Below are positions 41,680-52,452 of a stretch of 64,000 nt of DNA, piece after piece. The stretch spans positions 2,108,001 through 2,172,000 of the forward strand of contig CAKKNE010000002.1 in NCBI GenBank assembly GCA_918797485.1, read 5' to 3'. Position 1 is the first letter of the stretch, and the number at the start of each line of letters is the position of its first letter. This stretch comes from Pelagomonas calceolata. Taxonomy: Eukaryota. The translations under genes were made by a program, and so were the position numbers. The notes under the pieces are model-generated. The model was not told the DNA's origin, searched no databases, and saw only the letters and a list, made by a program, of their open reading frames with translations.

Positions 41680-43713
41680 ATGGCCGCATCAGCGCCCAGG
41701 CTCGTGCTATGGCTAGCCGCCAGCGCGCTGGGGCTCTCCCCAAGCCTGCGTGCGCGTTCGCTGCCGGCGCGAGCAGTGAGAGCGCCTGTGGTTCAAAACC
41801 TGCAACCGCTGGCGCCCCGCGCGCGCGACCTCACGCGCCGCGCCAGCGACATGGAGCGGTCCTACGACGGCGTCGACCTCACCGCCAGCGACGCAACCGA
41901 TGTGATGGACGAAGAAGGCTGGTTCGAGGACGACGACGAGCGCGACGCGGCCATAGACATCCTGGCGGACCGCGACGAGAACAACGAGGAGGTCGACACG
42001 TCTTCCGTGTATTTTTTTGGGAACGACGACGACGACGACGAGGAATTAAGGCGATTACTTAGTGAACTGGAGAGCCAGTTCGCCGGCAAAGACGACGCGG
42101 CCTCGCGGTCTATTTTAGCATCGGTAGAGGAGTGCGGGAAGGTCTTGGAGAAGGAGCACACGCCCGTGGCGCTGGACGCGCGCGCTGCACTAGCGTTTGC
42201 CGCGACGGCGCGAGGCGACGCGCCCGTCGATGAACTAGATGTAGAAAGAATCCCAACAGTAGACGATGAATTAGTAGAGGCCTTCCAGGCATTAAATACA
42301 GACGACTTCGACGGCCACCTGGACGAGATGTACGGCTGGCTCGTCGGGAACAGTTCCGAAGCGACTCATGCTGGAAGTACTTCATCTAAAACAAGGTTCG
42401 GACGGACCGTGGGCTTGGATCTGGGCACCACAAACAGCGCAGCCGCCGTCGTCGACGCCGACGGCGCGCCCAAATTGCTGCCACCCGGTTTAACCCCGTC
42501 GGTGGTATGTTTTATCGACGGCGAACTGGAGACGGAGCCTGTGGATCGAGCAGGCAGAGTAGCGCTGCGGGACGATGACGGCCGGGGCGTCGTCGCGGTC
42601 GTGGGCAAAGAAGCCGAACAGATGAGAGACGGCGTCCACGCCGCGTCCGTGTGTTCTCGGGTGAAGCGGGTATTAGCCCGGGACGCGACGCCGCGGGAGA
42701 TGCGCCGCGTGTCGGCGGGCGAGTCGGAGAAGCTGACGCACACCACTACCCTAAGGATCCCGGCGCTGCCGAATAGAGTTGCAGCCTCCGAAGTGTCCGC
42801 GGAAGTGGTCCGGAAGCTGCGGGACGACGCGTTGGCGTTTCTGGACGGCCACGCCGGCGCCGCGACGAAATGTGTGGTGGGCGTCCCGGCCCGTTTTGAT
42901 GAAGCGGCCGTCGAGGCGACGAAGACCGCGTGTTTGTTAGGTGGTTTTGAGTCCGCAGAGACGATTCTGGAGCCCGTCGCGGCGGCTTTAGCGTACTCGG
43001 CGACGAAGCAAGTCGGCAAGGAGACGGTTTTGGTGTTCGACCTCGGAGGTGGCACTTTTGACTGCTGCGTCGTGGAGTTGGATGGGAATAGGGCGGAGCT
43101 CATAGCATTAGGTGGGGATGCGAAACTCGGTGGCGATGACTTTGATGCCGCAGTTGCTGAACATCTGGCCGACCGGTTCTACGACGCGCACGGTCTGTCC
43201 GTCAAAGCGGCGACGGCTAGATTGCGTTTATTAGCCGAGGCGGAGCGGTGCAAGATCGCTTTATCTAGATCCAACGCTACCAAAGCGTTCGCCCGCGGTT
43301 TAGCTAGAGTCGGTTCTGATGGGAGACGCGCGCGGGGCGGCCGGCCCCTCGATCTAGAATGCGACATAACGCGGCCCGTGCTGGACGCGCTCTGCCAACC
43401 GTTGTTAGCGAGGCTGGAGAAAGCCATGCGCGCGACGTGCGCCGAGGCCGGCGTCGCGTTGCCCGGTGATAAGGGCACTCGATCGCTGGACGGCGTGCTG
43501 CTGGTCGGCGGCGCGACGCGGACGCCGGCGGTCGGGCGCATGCTCCGCGCGGCGACGGGCCTGCCCCTCGCGAAGATCGCGGCGCACGGGTCTGTCCACC
43601 CGGACGAGGCGGTGGCGCTCGGCGCCGCCGTCCGCGCGGCGGCGCTCGACGCGAGCAGCGTCGGGGCTGCTGCGCCGGACGCGTCCGTCGTCGACAAACG
43701 AGCTGCTGTGTAA
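41680..43713 (+). CDS. Atypical Hsp70-family protein (ATPase domain only) with presequence and acidic N-terminal region
   Basis: GLDLGTTNS, VGVPARF, EPVAAALAY, FDLGGGTFD, LGGDDFD, LVGGATRTP and PDEAVALGAA; stop about 25 aa later. Confidence 0.85.
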   Translation: MAASAPRLVLWLAASALGLSPSLRARSLPARAVRAPVVQNLQPLAPRARDLTRRASDMERSYDGVDLTASDATDVMDEEGWFEDDDERDAAIDILADRDENNEEVDTSSVYFFGNDDDDDEELRRLLSELESQFAGKDDAASRSILASVEECGKVLEKEHTPVALDARAALAFAATARGDAPVDELDVERIPTVDDELVEAFQALNTDDFDGHLDEMYGWLVGNSSEATHAGSTSSKTRFGRTVGLDLGTTNSAAAVVDADGAPKLLPPGLTPSVVCFIDGELETEPVDRAGRVALRDDDGRGVVAVVGKEAEQMRDGVHAASVCSRVKRVLARDATPREMRRVSAGESEKLTHTTTLRIPALPNRVAASEVSAEVVRKLRDDALAFLDGHAGAATKCVVGVPARFDEAAVEATKTACLLGGFESAETILEPVAAALAYSATKQVGKETVLVFDLGGGTFDCCVVELDGNRAELIALGGDAKLGGDDFDAAVAEHLADRFYDAHGLSVKAATARLRLLAEAERCKIALSRSNATKAFARGLARVGSDGRRARGGRPLDLECDITRPVLDALCQPLLARLEKAMRATCAEAGVALPGDKGTRSLDGVLLVGGATRTPAVGRMLRAATGLPLAKIAAHGSVHPDEAVALGAAVRAAALDASSVGAAAPDASVVDKRAAV

Positions 43714-43734
43714 CAAATTAACTTTATCCTGAAA

Positions 43735-44349
43735 TCATGTTAGGCAGTCCCTGACTCGCCGTTCCATGTTTTCGGCGCCGAGCGCTTCGACGGCCGCGAC
43801 GTTCCGCCTCCAGACGTCGTGGCCGTCCTTCGACTCCAAGGCCCGCTCGACGTCGGCCTCGCGCAGCAGGTGGAGCACGGGGAAGGGCGACCGATTCGTC
43901 CAGTGCGACGCGGCGTCCTCTGGAGCGTCGCCGAACTGGTAGGCCGGATGAAACGTGGCTAATTGGATCGCCCCGCGGTGGCCCGCCGAGTCTATGGCGT
44001 CGTCGACGGCGTCGACGAGGTCGAGGTAGTCCTCGAAGGCGCAGGCGTCGCTGATGGCGATCGCCACCGTCGCGTTTTCTGTCGCTACAACCGCGTCGAA
44101 CTCGCGGCGCGCACATTCCAAGGCGTCAGTGGTGGTGGATTCGACGATGCGGAGATCACCGTGCTGGAGCGGCGCGCCCGCCCACGGACACAGGTTCAGG
44201 CCGACGACGACGTCGCGGATCCACTTCCGCGTTGATTTTACTGGGCAGGCGGCATCACTGTGGCTGTACACGCGTGACGCGACGCGCCGCGAGCTTCGGT
44301 AGAGCAGTCCGTGGGCTGACGCAGCGACCACCAGCCGTACGCTCCGCAT
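43735..44349 (-). CDS. DUF1415-family protein
   Basis: VVGLNLCPWA, IQLATFHPAYQF and TNRSPFPVLHLLRE. Confidence 0.85.
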   Translation of the reverse strand: MRSVRLVVAASAHGLLYRSSRRVASRVYSHSDAACPVKSTRKWIRDVVVGLNLCPWAGAPLQHGDLRIVESTTTDALECARREFDAVVATENATVAIAISDACAFEDYLDLVDAVDDAIDSAGHRGAIQLATFHPAYQFGDAPEDAASHWTNRSPFPVLHLLREADVERALESKDGHDVWRRNVAAVEALGAENMERRVRDCLT

Positions 44350-44515
44350 TGCAGCTCAGAGCCCAGAGGCAGGTTCAGTGATTACAGTGGAGACAAGGCG
44401 GACGGCTGAGATGAGTGGCTTGGCGGCTGCGTCTTGATATATATGGTAATAATCAACCTTTCAACACCACGGTTGTGCCTTAGCACGCCCGCTTTGCGTC
44501 TGGCGCCGCGGTAGA

Positions 44516-44539
44516 GCTAGCGGCATGTAAGACACTAGC
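44516..44539 (+). promoter_or_regulatory. 24-bp CTAG-bounded motif
   Basis: GCTAGCGGCATGTAAGACACTAGC. Confidence 0.7.
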
Positions 44540-44676
44540 CAAGGACGAGCCTGAGATATTCAGGCTCCAAACTCGCCTATTTCGAGTGCACGGTAGCTGC
44601 GCAGCCGCATTTGTCTATTAGACAGCCACTCGCTGCCATCCAGACCAAGAACGTCGCCGCCGGCCCTCCATAAGAC

Positions 44677-45804
44677 ATGCCTCTACCAGCCTCCCTAGCG
44701 GGTCACGCCGCGGGCGCGAAGGAGCTGCTCGCCGCGGTCACTAAGGACCCGAGCCTGCTCGAAGACCCAAGCCTCGCCTTCCTGAAGGAGTTCTGCGCGA
44801 ATTATCCTCCCGAGGCGCCCGAGGCCGAGACGGACGACGACGCTGGTGGCGAATTCATGAAGCGCGAGAAGACGCCGTTCCCCGCGGTGCCGGCGAACGC
44901 GGCCGAGGCGCCGGACGACGCCGACTGGTCGATCGCGTCGACGAAGAAGAGCGCTGCAAGCGCTGCAGCGCCGGCGGAGGCCCTCGACCTCTACACCGAA
45001 GCCTTACAAGCGGAGGCCGCGACCGCGTGTTTGTCCGCGACGACGCTCGCGAAGCGCGCCGAAGTCCTCTTGAAGCTCGAGCGGCCGGCGGCGGCCATCA
45101 ATGATTGTGATGCGGCTCTGAAGCTCAACCCCGACTCGTGCCGCGCGCTGAAGACGCGAGGAAAAGTCCGCGCGGCCCTCGGCGAGTTCGTCGAGGCGAA
45201 TTTAGATCTGAGCAAGGCCCAATCGATAGACTTCGACCCGGACCTCGCTTCTTTATGCGCCGAGGTCAAGGCCAAGGCCGCGGAGACGAGCGCCAAGCAA
45301 AGGGAAAAGGAGCGCGCGGCGGATCTGGAGAAGAAGAAGAAGGCCGCGGCCGAGCGCCACCGCCGCGCGCAGGAGGCGCAGGCGCGGAGCGCGCCGCCGC
45401 CGCCGAGTGGTGGGATGCCAGGGATGGGAGGTGGAATGCCGGCGGGCGTGCCGCCGGGCATGGCCGGCATGGCGCAGGGCATGATGAACGACCCCGACGT
45501 CATGGCGGCCATGTCGAACCCGAAGGTCATGGCCGCCTTCCAGGAGATGATGGCCGGCGGCGCGCCGAACCCCGCGAAGATGATGCAGTACATGCAGGAT
45601 CCCGACGTCGGGCCCGTGCTCCAGAAGATGATGGGCAAGTTCGGCGGCGGCATGGGCGGCATGCCTGGTATGCCGGGCGGCATGGGCGGGATGGGTGGCA
45701 TGGGTGGCATGGGTGGGGGCGGCGGCTTCGACGCGGGCGCGCCCGACATCGAGGAGGTAGGAGAGGATCTTCCGGACCTCGAGGAGGTCGACGAGGTCGA
45801 CTAG
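44677..45804 (+). CDS. ST13: Hsc70-interacting protein HIP (TPR, GGM repeats, STI1/DP)
   Basis: DPSLLEDPSLAFLKEF dimerisation motif; TPR AAINDCDAALKLNPDS; MNDPDVMAAMSNP. Confidence 0.9.
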   Translation: MPLPASLAGHAAGAKELLAAVTKDPSLLEDPSLAFLKEFCANYPPEAPEAETDDDAGGEFMKREKTPFPAVPANAAEAPDDADWSIASTKKSAASAAAPAEALDLYTEALQAEAATACLSATTLAKRAEVLLKLERPAAAINDCDAALKLNPDSCRALKTRGKVRAALGEFVEANLDLSKAQSIDFDPDLASLCAEVKAKAAETSAKQREKERAADLEKKKKAAAERHRRAQEAQARSAPPPPSGGMPGMGGGMPAGVPPGMAGMAQGMMNDPDVMAAMSNPKVMAAFQEMMAGGAPNPAKMMQYMQDPDVGPVLQKMMGKFGGGMGGMPGMPGGMGGMGGMGGMGGGGGFDAGAPDIEEVGEDLPDLEEVDEVD

Positions 45805-45818
45805 AAATAAGTGTGTTA

Positions 45819-46361
45819 CTACATGACCGTCGTCGACTTCGGCGCTTCCTTGCGCTCGAGGTACGCCTTCCAGCCGCTCCCTTCCAAGACCTCGGCCTTG
45901 CCGAGGACCTCGTCGCGCTGCGACGCCGCGTAGGCCTCGAGCGCGTCGGCGAGCGCGTCGTTCGACGTCGACAGGATGCGCGCCGCCAGCAGCCCCGCGT
46001 TCGTCGCGTTGCCGATGGCGACCGTCGCGACGGGCACGCCCCGCGGCATCTGCACGATCGAGTGCAGCGAATCGACGCCCGACAGCGCGGACGTCTTCAC
46101 GGGCACGCCGACGACGGGCAGCGGCGTCATCGCGGCGACCATGCCCGGCAGATGCGCGGCGCCGCCCGCGCCAGCCACTATTACTTTCAAGCCTCTGCGT
46201 CTGGCGCTCCGCGCGTACTCTACGAGTCGATCCGGCGTGCGGTGCGCGCTCACGATCGTGCACTCGTACTCGATTTTGAACTTCTCGAGCATCTCGCAGG
46301 CTGCCTTCATGACCGGCAGGTCGCTGTCGCTGCCCATGATCACGCCCACGAGTGGCGCCAT
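45819..46361 (-). CDS. purE: AIR carboxylase catalytic subunit / N5-CAIR mutase
   Basis: [26 protein letters not shown] and [16 protein letters not shown]. Confidence 0.96.
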   Translation of the reverse strand: MAPLVGVIMGSDSDLPVMKAACEMLEKFKIEYECTIVSAHRTPDRLVEYARSARRRGLKVIVAGAGGAAHLPGMVAAMTPLPVVGVPVKTSALSGVDSLHSIVQMPRGVPVATVAIGNATNAGLLAARILSTSNDALADALEAYAASQRDEVLGKAEVLEGSGWKAYLERKEAPKSTTVM

Positions 46362-46445
46362 GGTTGATTTTGCAGTGTTTTATGTCGCAGCGATAGCGTA
46401 AGACGAGAGATTTGGCACAGCAGCCGCCGCGCGCGCCGCAGCAGA

Positions 46446-46469
46446 GCTAGCGGCAGGTAAGACACTAGC
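46446..46469 (+). promoter_or_regulatory. 24-bp CTAG-bounded motif
   Basis: GCTAGCGGCAGGTAAGACACTAGC. Confidence 0.7.
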
Positions 46470-46644
46470 GGATTTTGGGCTCGTGAGCCGCCTATACCTG
46501 CGCTGCGCGGCGCATCGCTCGGTCAGCGAAGCCTTCTTCGCAGTTCTTTGCAACGCTGGGACCCTCCCATCTGTGGGCCCACGCGTTGCCCAAAATCAGC
46601 GTGACCCTTCTCAAACCACTGCCTGAGCCAGGCGCCATTGATCG

Positions 46645-48222
46645 ATGAGCTGTCCCATTTGCACGGCGCCGGTGGAGAACGAGTCGTGCGAAACGTGCGG
46701 CTCGCTCGAAGGCGTCGACGCGAGCGGTTTCGCGGCGTCGCGGGTCTTCGGCTACGACTGGGCGGCGGGCTCGGTGGCGCCCTGGCGCGACGCGCAAGGC
46801 CGCGCCTACGCGACCCCCTCGGAGCTGGCCGAGGTCGCGCTGGTTGCCGCGGGCCTCGAACGCGGTGGCTACGCGATCGATTTAGGGTGCGGCGACGCAG
46901 CGATCCTGCGCGCTGCGGCGACGCGGTACGGCTGCCGCGGGCTCGGCCTCGACATCGACGATGGCGCCTTGGCCGACGCTGCGCGCGCCATCGAGGCTGA
47001 TGGCGTCGGCGAGCTCGTGAGCGTCCGTCGCGGCGACCTGAACGAGTTCGATCTGGCTTGCGAGATCGACCACGCGGATGCACCGGTCGTCGTGACGTGT
47101 TATCTGCTGCCCGCGACGCTCCGGGAGCTGCGACCGAAGTTGGAGGACGCCTGTCGCCGCGGCGCTGCCGTCGTCCTGTTCCGGTGGGACTGCGGCTTAG
47201 CTTGGCAGGGCCCGGTTGGCCGCCACGACGACCGCGGGTTCACTGTGTACCGGCAGGATCCGGACCGGCTCTCGCCGCTCATCGAGGTGTTGGGCGTCGA
47301 AGCTTTACAGTACTTAGACACGGCGTCGTTGGGCTGCCTGAACGCGTGCGCGCGGGCGTTTGGCAAACAGTCCGAGGCTACCGGGCGCTCGCCGTGCGAG
47401 GATGAGGCCTATCGGCGGTTGCGCGCGCATCCGAAGTTCCGACGCCACGATGGCAAGATGCCCGAGCCAAGCATCCACAGACCGGCGCGGGGCGGCGGAT
47501 TTCCGGGCTGGATCTATGTGTTGAACGACTGGGAACGGTATTGGGTGTTTAAGGCTCGTGGAGAATTCCGTGGCTATGTTGGGGTACCCGCGGACGCCTT
47601 TAGCTTCCGACGAATCGTGTACATCTTGGGCCACGCTAATGTGACGCGCTGTCCACCGAAATACAGCCAATGCCGTCCGAGCCCCGACAAAGTAGCATGG
47701 TCGCGAGACTACGACAGATACGTGGGATGGTCGGACCGCCTGTCGATGCTCGTTGAGGTGCTCGACGTCAACGCGTTGCGTCACATGGATGCGACGTCGC
47801 TGGGGCGTCTGAGCGCGTGCGCCAAGGCATTTGGCCACAAGCTGGAGAGACCTTGTTTACCCGATGCGGAGGGGCCGGACCGTTGGCGCTCGCTCTGCGA
47901 GGACGCAGCATGTTATCGCTTGCGCGGGGACGTCTATAAACGCTTGCATGCGGACAAACGGTTTCGAGAATCTGATGCGTTTGTTTACACCGGACAGTTC
48001 CCACGATTCGATAGCTCCGTGTGGGGGCGGGACGGATTATTCTCGGGCTGGCTACACGTATTGTTCGATTGGGAGCAGGCCCTCAAATTCGAGCGTTGCG
48101 GCGGCTTCAACGCGTTTGATCTGAGCGATAAGCTCAGACACATCGAGGAGATGAATAGCGGCGCGCAGAGCTTTCGACGATGGAAACGCATCCTGGGCCA
48201 CTTGGGGGGGTCGATGCATTAG
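46645..48222 (+). CDS. SAM methyltransferase fused to a duplicated F-box-like unit
   Basis: IDLGCGDA, GLGLDID and VVTCYLLP; the C-terminal half has two copies of DRLS.L.EVL...SLG.L.ACA.AFG. Confidence 0.7.
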   Translation: MSCPICTAPVENESCETCGSLEGVDASGFAASRVFGYDWAAGSVAPWRDAQGRAYATPSELAEVALVAAGLERGGYAIDLGCGDAAILRAAATRYGCRGLGLDIDDGALADAARAIEADGVGELVSVRRGDLNEFDLACEIDHADAPVVVTCYLLPATLRELRPKLEDACRRGAAVVLFRWDCGLAWQGPVGRHDDRGFTVYRQDPDRLSPLIEVLGVEALQYLDTASLGCLNACARAFGKQSEATGRSPCEDEAYRRLRAHPKFRRHDGKMPEPSIHRPARGGGFPGWIYVLNDWERYWVFKARGEFRGYVGVPADAFSFRRIVYILGHANVTRCPPKYSQCRPSPDKVAWSRDYDRYVGWSDRLSMLVEVLDVNALRHMDATSLGRLSACAKAFGHKLERPCLPDAEGPDRWRSLCEDAACYRLRGDVYKRLHADKRFRESDAFVYTGQFPRFDSSVWGRDGLFSGWLHVLFDWEQALKFERCGGFNAFDLSDKLRHIEEMNSGAQSFRRWKRILGHLGGSMH

Positions 48223-48242
48223 AGATATGTAAGTATGACAAG

Positions 48243-49772
48243 TTACGAATTCTTCCGCGTCACGCCCCCCTCCTTGTTCGCGCCGGGGCAGTCGTGCGTC
48301 GCCGCGTGCTCGTGGTCCAGCTGGGAAAAGAAGGCGTGCGCCTTCTCCGGCGCGACGCGCGCGACCCAGACGTCCATGAGGCCCGACGAGCAGGCCCCAA
48401 AGTCGGAATCGGTGGCGCCGCCGGCGACGACGTCGCCGTCCGGCGCGACTACTAACGCGTTGAGGTCGTCCCGGCCGAGCTCCCCGAACTGCGCGACCCA
48501 CCGTCGCGAGCCATCAAACGCGTCGAGCTCCGCGATCCAGGCGTCCGACTTGCCAGCGATGGTCTTGTTGAAATCGCCATAGGTCTGGCCGCCCACATAA
48601 ACACTCTCGCCGTCCGGCGAGACGGCGACCGCGTTCAGGAAGTCGACGCGGTTCGTCCCCAGGACCACGGACCACATGATCCGACCCGTTCGTCCATCGA
48701 GCTTCGCGACGAACCCATCCCGTCCGCCGGGCTTGCCCGGGGCAGACGCCGGGTCCTCGGAGCCGCTCCCGTCGACGATGGCCGCGCCGAACGTCGAGCC
48801 CGCGACATACACCGCGTCGCCAGGGCCGGTACTCGCCATGGCCGTCGGCTCCTCGGCCCGCTCGGAGCCGATCTGCTTCACCCAGAGCTCCTCGCCGGTC
48901 TTGCCGTCGTGCTTCGTGACCCAGACGTCGCCCTTGCCAATGAACGACCCGTCGGCGACTTCCCCAAACGTCTGGCCGCACGCGAAGACGGCCGAACCGG
49001 ACGCTGTGGACGCGACCGCCGCGACCGTATCGGACTTCTCCGAGCCGATCTGCCGCGTCCAGAGGTGTCTTCCATCATCTCCAGAAAAAGCGCCCAGCCA
49101 CGCGTCGCCCATCCCAAAATGCCTGTGGTAGTGGTCGTCGTAGTCGTTCTCGTCGTGGTGGTCGTCCACATGACCGTAGGTCTGGCCCGCCGCGAAGAAG
49201 ATCGACAACCAGGCGTCCGAGGCCACGCCCAGGATGGAATCCTTCTTCTCTGAACCTGCTTGCAAGACGCCCTCGCCGCCATCATCATGATGCCGGCCCC
49301 ACTGGCCCCTCCCCTTATCATCCCATCTTCCTCTCCAACCGTCCATCGTCCCCGCGAGGCCCTCCTCGCCCCAGTGCCCGTAGGTCCAGCCGCCGCCGAC
49401 GACATGACCATCCCCGGCCGCCAATCCCTCGACCTTGTCCTCCCTATTGGTCCCTATTTGTGTCGACCACTCGTGCTCTCCAGTATGAGAAATCCCGGCC
49501 ATCCAGACGTCGCCGTAGCCTCGATGTTCGCCGCCCACAGCTCCCATCGTACTTCCAGCGCAGTAGACGCGCTCCGTCGACGCGTCGATCGCCAGCGCTC
49601 GCAACTCGTCATTTCTATGAGAACCGAACTGCACGATCCACTCCGTGCCCTCTTCTCCGCCGCATTTCACGACGCCATTGATCGACGTGCAAGTTTGGTC
49701 CGCATTGTCCAGGGTGTCCTCTCCCCAAACGCTGCCCAGCGCCGCGGCGGCGAGGAAATGCCGTCGGAGCAT
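48243..49772 (-). CDS. Secreted beta-propeller repeat protein (SBBP-like)
   Basis: Repeated W..QxGS...D....A....VYxxGxTxG...G.GDxW units; signal peptide from ATG 49772. Confidence 0.8.
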   Translation of the reverse strand: MLRRHFLAAAALGSVWGEDTLDNADQTCTSINGVVKCGGEEGTEWIVQFGSHRNDELRALAIDASTERVYCAGSTMGAVGGEHRGYGDVWMAGISHTGEHEWSTQIGTNREDKVEGLAAGDGHVVGGGWTYGHWGEEGLAGTMDGWRGRWDDKGRGQWGRHHDDGGEGVLQAGSEKKDSILGVASDAWLSIFFAAGQTYGHVDDHHDENDYDDHYHRHFGMGDAWLGAFSGDDGRHLWTRQIGSEKSDTVAAVASTASGSAVFACGQTFGEVADGSFIGKGDVWVTKHDGKTGEELWVKQIGSERAEEPTAMASTGPGDAVYVAGSTFGAAIVDGSGSEDPASAPGKPGGRDGFVAKLDGRTGRIMWSVVLGTNRVDFLNAVAVSPDGESVYVGGQTYGDFNKTIAGKSDAWIAELDAFDGSRRWVAQFGELGRDDLNALVVAPDGDVVAGGATDSDFGACSSGLMDVWVARVAPEKAHAFFSQLDHEHAATHDCPGANKEGGVTRKNS

Positions 49773-50159
49773 GGCACGGCTGGTCCTTGCGTGCCGTTGG
49801 TGCTCTGCGTTGCTCTGCGGGCAGCGATGTAGCGATTTCGCGTGCACGCGGAGCTTACAAATTTTGGTAAAGCACGGGTTTTGTCGGAGGCCGTTCAAGA
49901 TGTCGGAGAGGTGGAAGCTACCCTTCCGACGCGTGGCTCGCGTCCAAAGCCAGGGCGCCGAGCTGGTCCGGTGTGGCACCACAGCGCGGTTGGTGCACAG
50001 CGCGAGCGCAAGCGCGAGGCCGCAAACAAACGCAAAGGCTGCCACCGCGAGCGAGAGTCGCCTTCGAACCGCCGCTCGCTGCCCACCTGCGCGGGGCAGC
50101 CGTTTCGCTCTGCCCATTTGTTGCACGAGCAGCTGTAGGCAAAAGCAGGACAGTAAGCC

Positions 50160-52163
50160 ATGGAGCAGGCCAGCGTCCAGGAGACCTATCTCCAGTTGTG
50201 GGAGGCGCTCTGCCAGGGCCACGACGGGAGTAGGGAAGGAAGGCGCCTCAAGCTTCAGGTCGTCGACACTATTTTATTCAGAGGCGGCCGGCCGTGCGGC
50301 TGGGTCTTTACGGACAAGGAAGGTTTTGTGCGGGCGAAGCACCGATCTAGGTTGGAGTGGGTGCAGATCACGCGGCATTTGTTGAGGCTATTGCCATCGA
50401 ATGCGGATCGGGACGAGGCCGCTGCTGTCCTAAGGTATGTGACGCCACATTCATCAAAGCTCCAGACTTTAGTGCTGAACCGGAGGGAGCTGCAAGACTT
50501 GGGAGGCTCGCCGGCGGCCTGCTCGTCCGCACTAGGTGGTGGTGAATTAGTCGCATTACAAGCAGCACCACAACCCTACGTCGGAGACGGGTCCGGCGTC
50601 TTCGCGTGCCGGTGCCGCTTCGGCGAGCCCGAGTTCATCAGGAGGATCGCGGCGGATCCCGGCACGCTAGATGCGCAGTTGACCATCGCTACTTCAGTGA
50701 CTCGGGAATACGTGGATTGGCCTGAGAAGCGTGCTGGGAAGAAAATGATCTCCGAGAGGTCTCGAGCGGCGGACCCGAAAGGAGTTAAACGAGGAAAGCA
50801 ATGTGCAAATGCAACGGGTTCCGTGGCGGCGCACGCGTCCCATGTAAGGGGCGTGGAAGCCCCTCGTGGATTGACCTGCGAGTTTTCTTTCGACAAAAAA
50901 GGACGACCCACCTTATGTCACGTCCTGGATTTAAGTGGATCTTCGCAGCGCATAGCGAATTGCCCGACGCCTCTCTCAAATGGCCTTCCTCATGAATATA
51001 TTTCGCCGACGTCGGACGAGTTCCCCACGCGGTCCCCGGACTTTGCTTATTCGCCGCCCTCAAATCCAAAATGCGACGAGGCCTTCGCGCCGTCTTCGCG
51101 ACCTCAGGCGTGGGGCGGCGCGTCGAACGCGGCCGTGAAAAGTGACGCGAAGCGGCGGTCGCAGAAGTTCCGGCAGCAGCTCGACGCCGCGTCGCTGTGG
51201 GAGTGCGCTCCCGCGCCGGCGCCAAAAGCTGCCCCATCCTTGGATGAAGTGCCGCGCTCCCAGACTGCCACGTCGTCTCGTATTCGACAGCTCGACGGCC
51301 GCATCTTCTTGAGACCGGAGGCGAAATCAGATAGGAGGATCGCGTCGCAAGTGGCGCTGGAACGGCAGTTCGCGATGCGCGACGGCGACGCCGGGCGCGA
51401 ATTGCGGGCGGCCTGTGAAAGAGCAGAGAAACAGCGCCAGTCGATTCGACGAGAGCAAGAGGTTGAAAAAAGAAGGCGCGACAGGTACATCGAGGTCGAA
51501 GATGGATTAGATGTGATCCGGACGAACCCACTCATCGACGCCCGGAAGGCGGCGGAAGAAGAAAGATTAGCTGCGAATCTGAGGAGGCAGCGGGACATCC
51601 AAAAGCAACGCGAGGAGACGCAGTTGAGGTTGGAGAAGCTGTCGCAGCCTCTCAGGAGGCCGAAGTCGGCGCCGGCCCGACGACCCATCTCGACGGCGCC
51701 GGCGCCGGCGCGACGACGCCGGCCTAAAACTGGGAGACGAAAGCCCAGAAAGAGCGACCTTTCGACGAAGCGCTGGCGCGAGGCCGAGGCCGAAGCGCAA
51801 CAATATCCTTTATATGGAGAAAAGACCGTGCGCTGCGTCCGCATGCGCGATCCCCGCACGCTGGCGAAGCAGTGGGACCAGCAGGTCCGCGACGGCGCAA
51901 TCTGGTGGGTTGGGAAGCCGCTGGAGAACGCGCCGCCGCCGCCGGGCGAGCCGGACCCCGACAATCTGTGGGACTGCGTCGGGAAGCGGAACCCCAACGC
52001 CAAGATGCCGTCGCCGGTCGGGCGCTGCCCTTCCACAGCATCCGTGGGTCTGACGGACTCGGAGGTGCGGCTCGCGCGCGCGTTCACGAACCAGAATCTC
52101 GTCGAGAGGTTGGTGCCGCGGAAGGAGCTTTCTCCTCGGTCCTACATGGCGGGGAAGGCTTAA
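50160..52163 (+). CDS. Hypothetical protein with coiled-coil region
   Basis: 667-aa ORF with host-like codon pattern; no family recognised. Confidence 0.7.
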   Translation: MEQASVQETYLQLWEALCQGHDGSREGRRLKLQVVDTILFRGGRPCGWVFTDKEGFVRAKHRSRLEWVQITRHLLRLLPSNADRDEAAAVLRYVTPHSSKLQTLVLNRRELQDLGGSPAACSSALGGGELVALQAAPQPYVGDGSGVFACRCRFGEPEFIRRIAADPGTLDAQLTIATSVTREYVDWPEKRAGKKMISERSRAADPKGVKRGKQCANATGSVAAHASHVRGVEAPRGLTCEFSFDKKGRPTLCHVLDLSGSSQRIANCPTPLSNGLPHEYISPTSDEFPTRSPDFAYSPPSNPKCDEAFAPSSRPQAWGGASNAAVKSDAKRRSQKFRQQLDAASLWECAPAPAPKAAPSLDEVPRSQTATSSRIRQLDGRIFLRPEAKSDRRIASQVALERQFAMRDGDAGRELRAACERAEKQRQSIRREQEVEKRRRDRYIEVEDGLDVIRTNPLIDARKAAEEERLAANLRRQRDIQKQREETQLRLEKLSQPLRRPKSAPARRPISTAPAPARRRRPKTGRRKPRKSDLSTKRWREAEAEAQQYPLYGEKTVRCVRMRDPRTLAKQWDQQVRDGAIWWVGKPLENAPPPPGEPDPDNLWDCVGKRNPNAKMPSPVGRCPSTASVGLTDSEVRLARAFTNQNLVERLVPRKELSPRSYMAGKA

Positions 52164-52192
52164 TTATGTGGCACATCTGCTCGTTTGGATTC

Positions 52193-52215
52193 CTAGTGTC
52201 TTACATGCCGCTAGC
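52193..52215 (-). promoter_or_regulatory. 24-bp CTAG-bounded motif
   Basis: CTAGTGTCTTACATGCCGCTAGC. Confidence 0.7.
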
Positions 52216-52452
52216 TCGGCGGGAACTTCGCAGCTCGGATATCGAGGGCTTACAGCTCACGTTTGATCGACCTGAAGCACACACGTTGCCTATTTTTGGC
52301 CGTGATCGCTTTTGCCTCCGCGAAACGGTGGCTGAAGGCAGCCAGAGGGAGGTTTTTACCACTGCTCTGCTTAGCTAGCGCCACCTAGAGCCGACGCGAG
52401 GCTGCCGTATAGATCACTGCTGCTGATTTATCACTGCTGCTGCTACAGCAGC

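Noticed and set aside
45405..45730. GGCATG-rich tandem repeats
   Set aside because: They encode the ordinary GGM(P) repeats of HIP proteins.
48243..50222. 659-aa ORF overlapping the 50160 gene head-to-head
   Set aside because: The N-terminal 150 aa look like open-frame extension; a signal peptide and typical codon usage start at ATG 49772.
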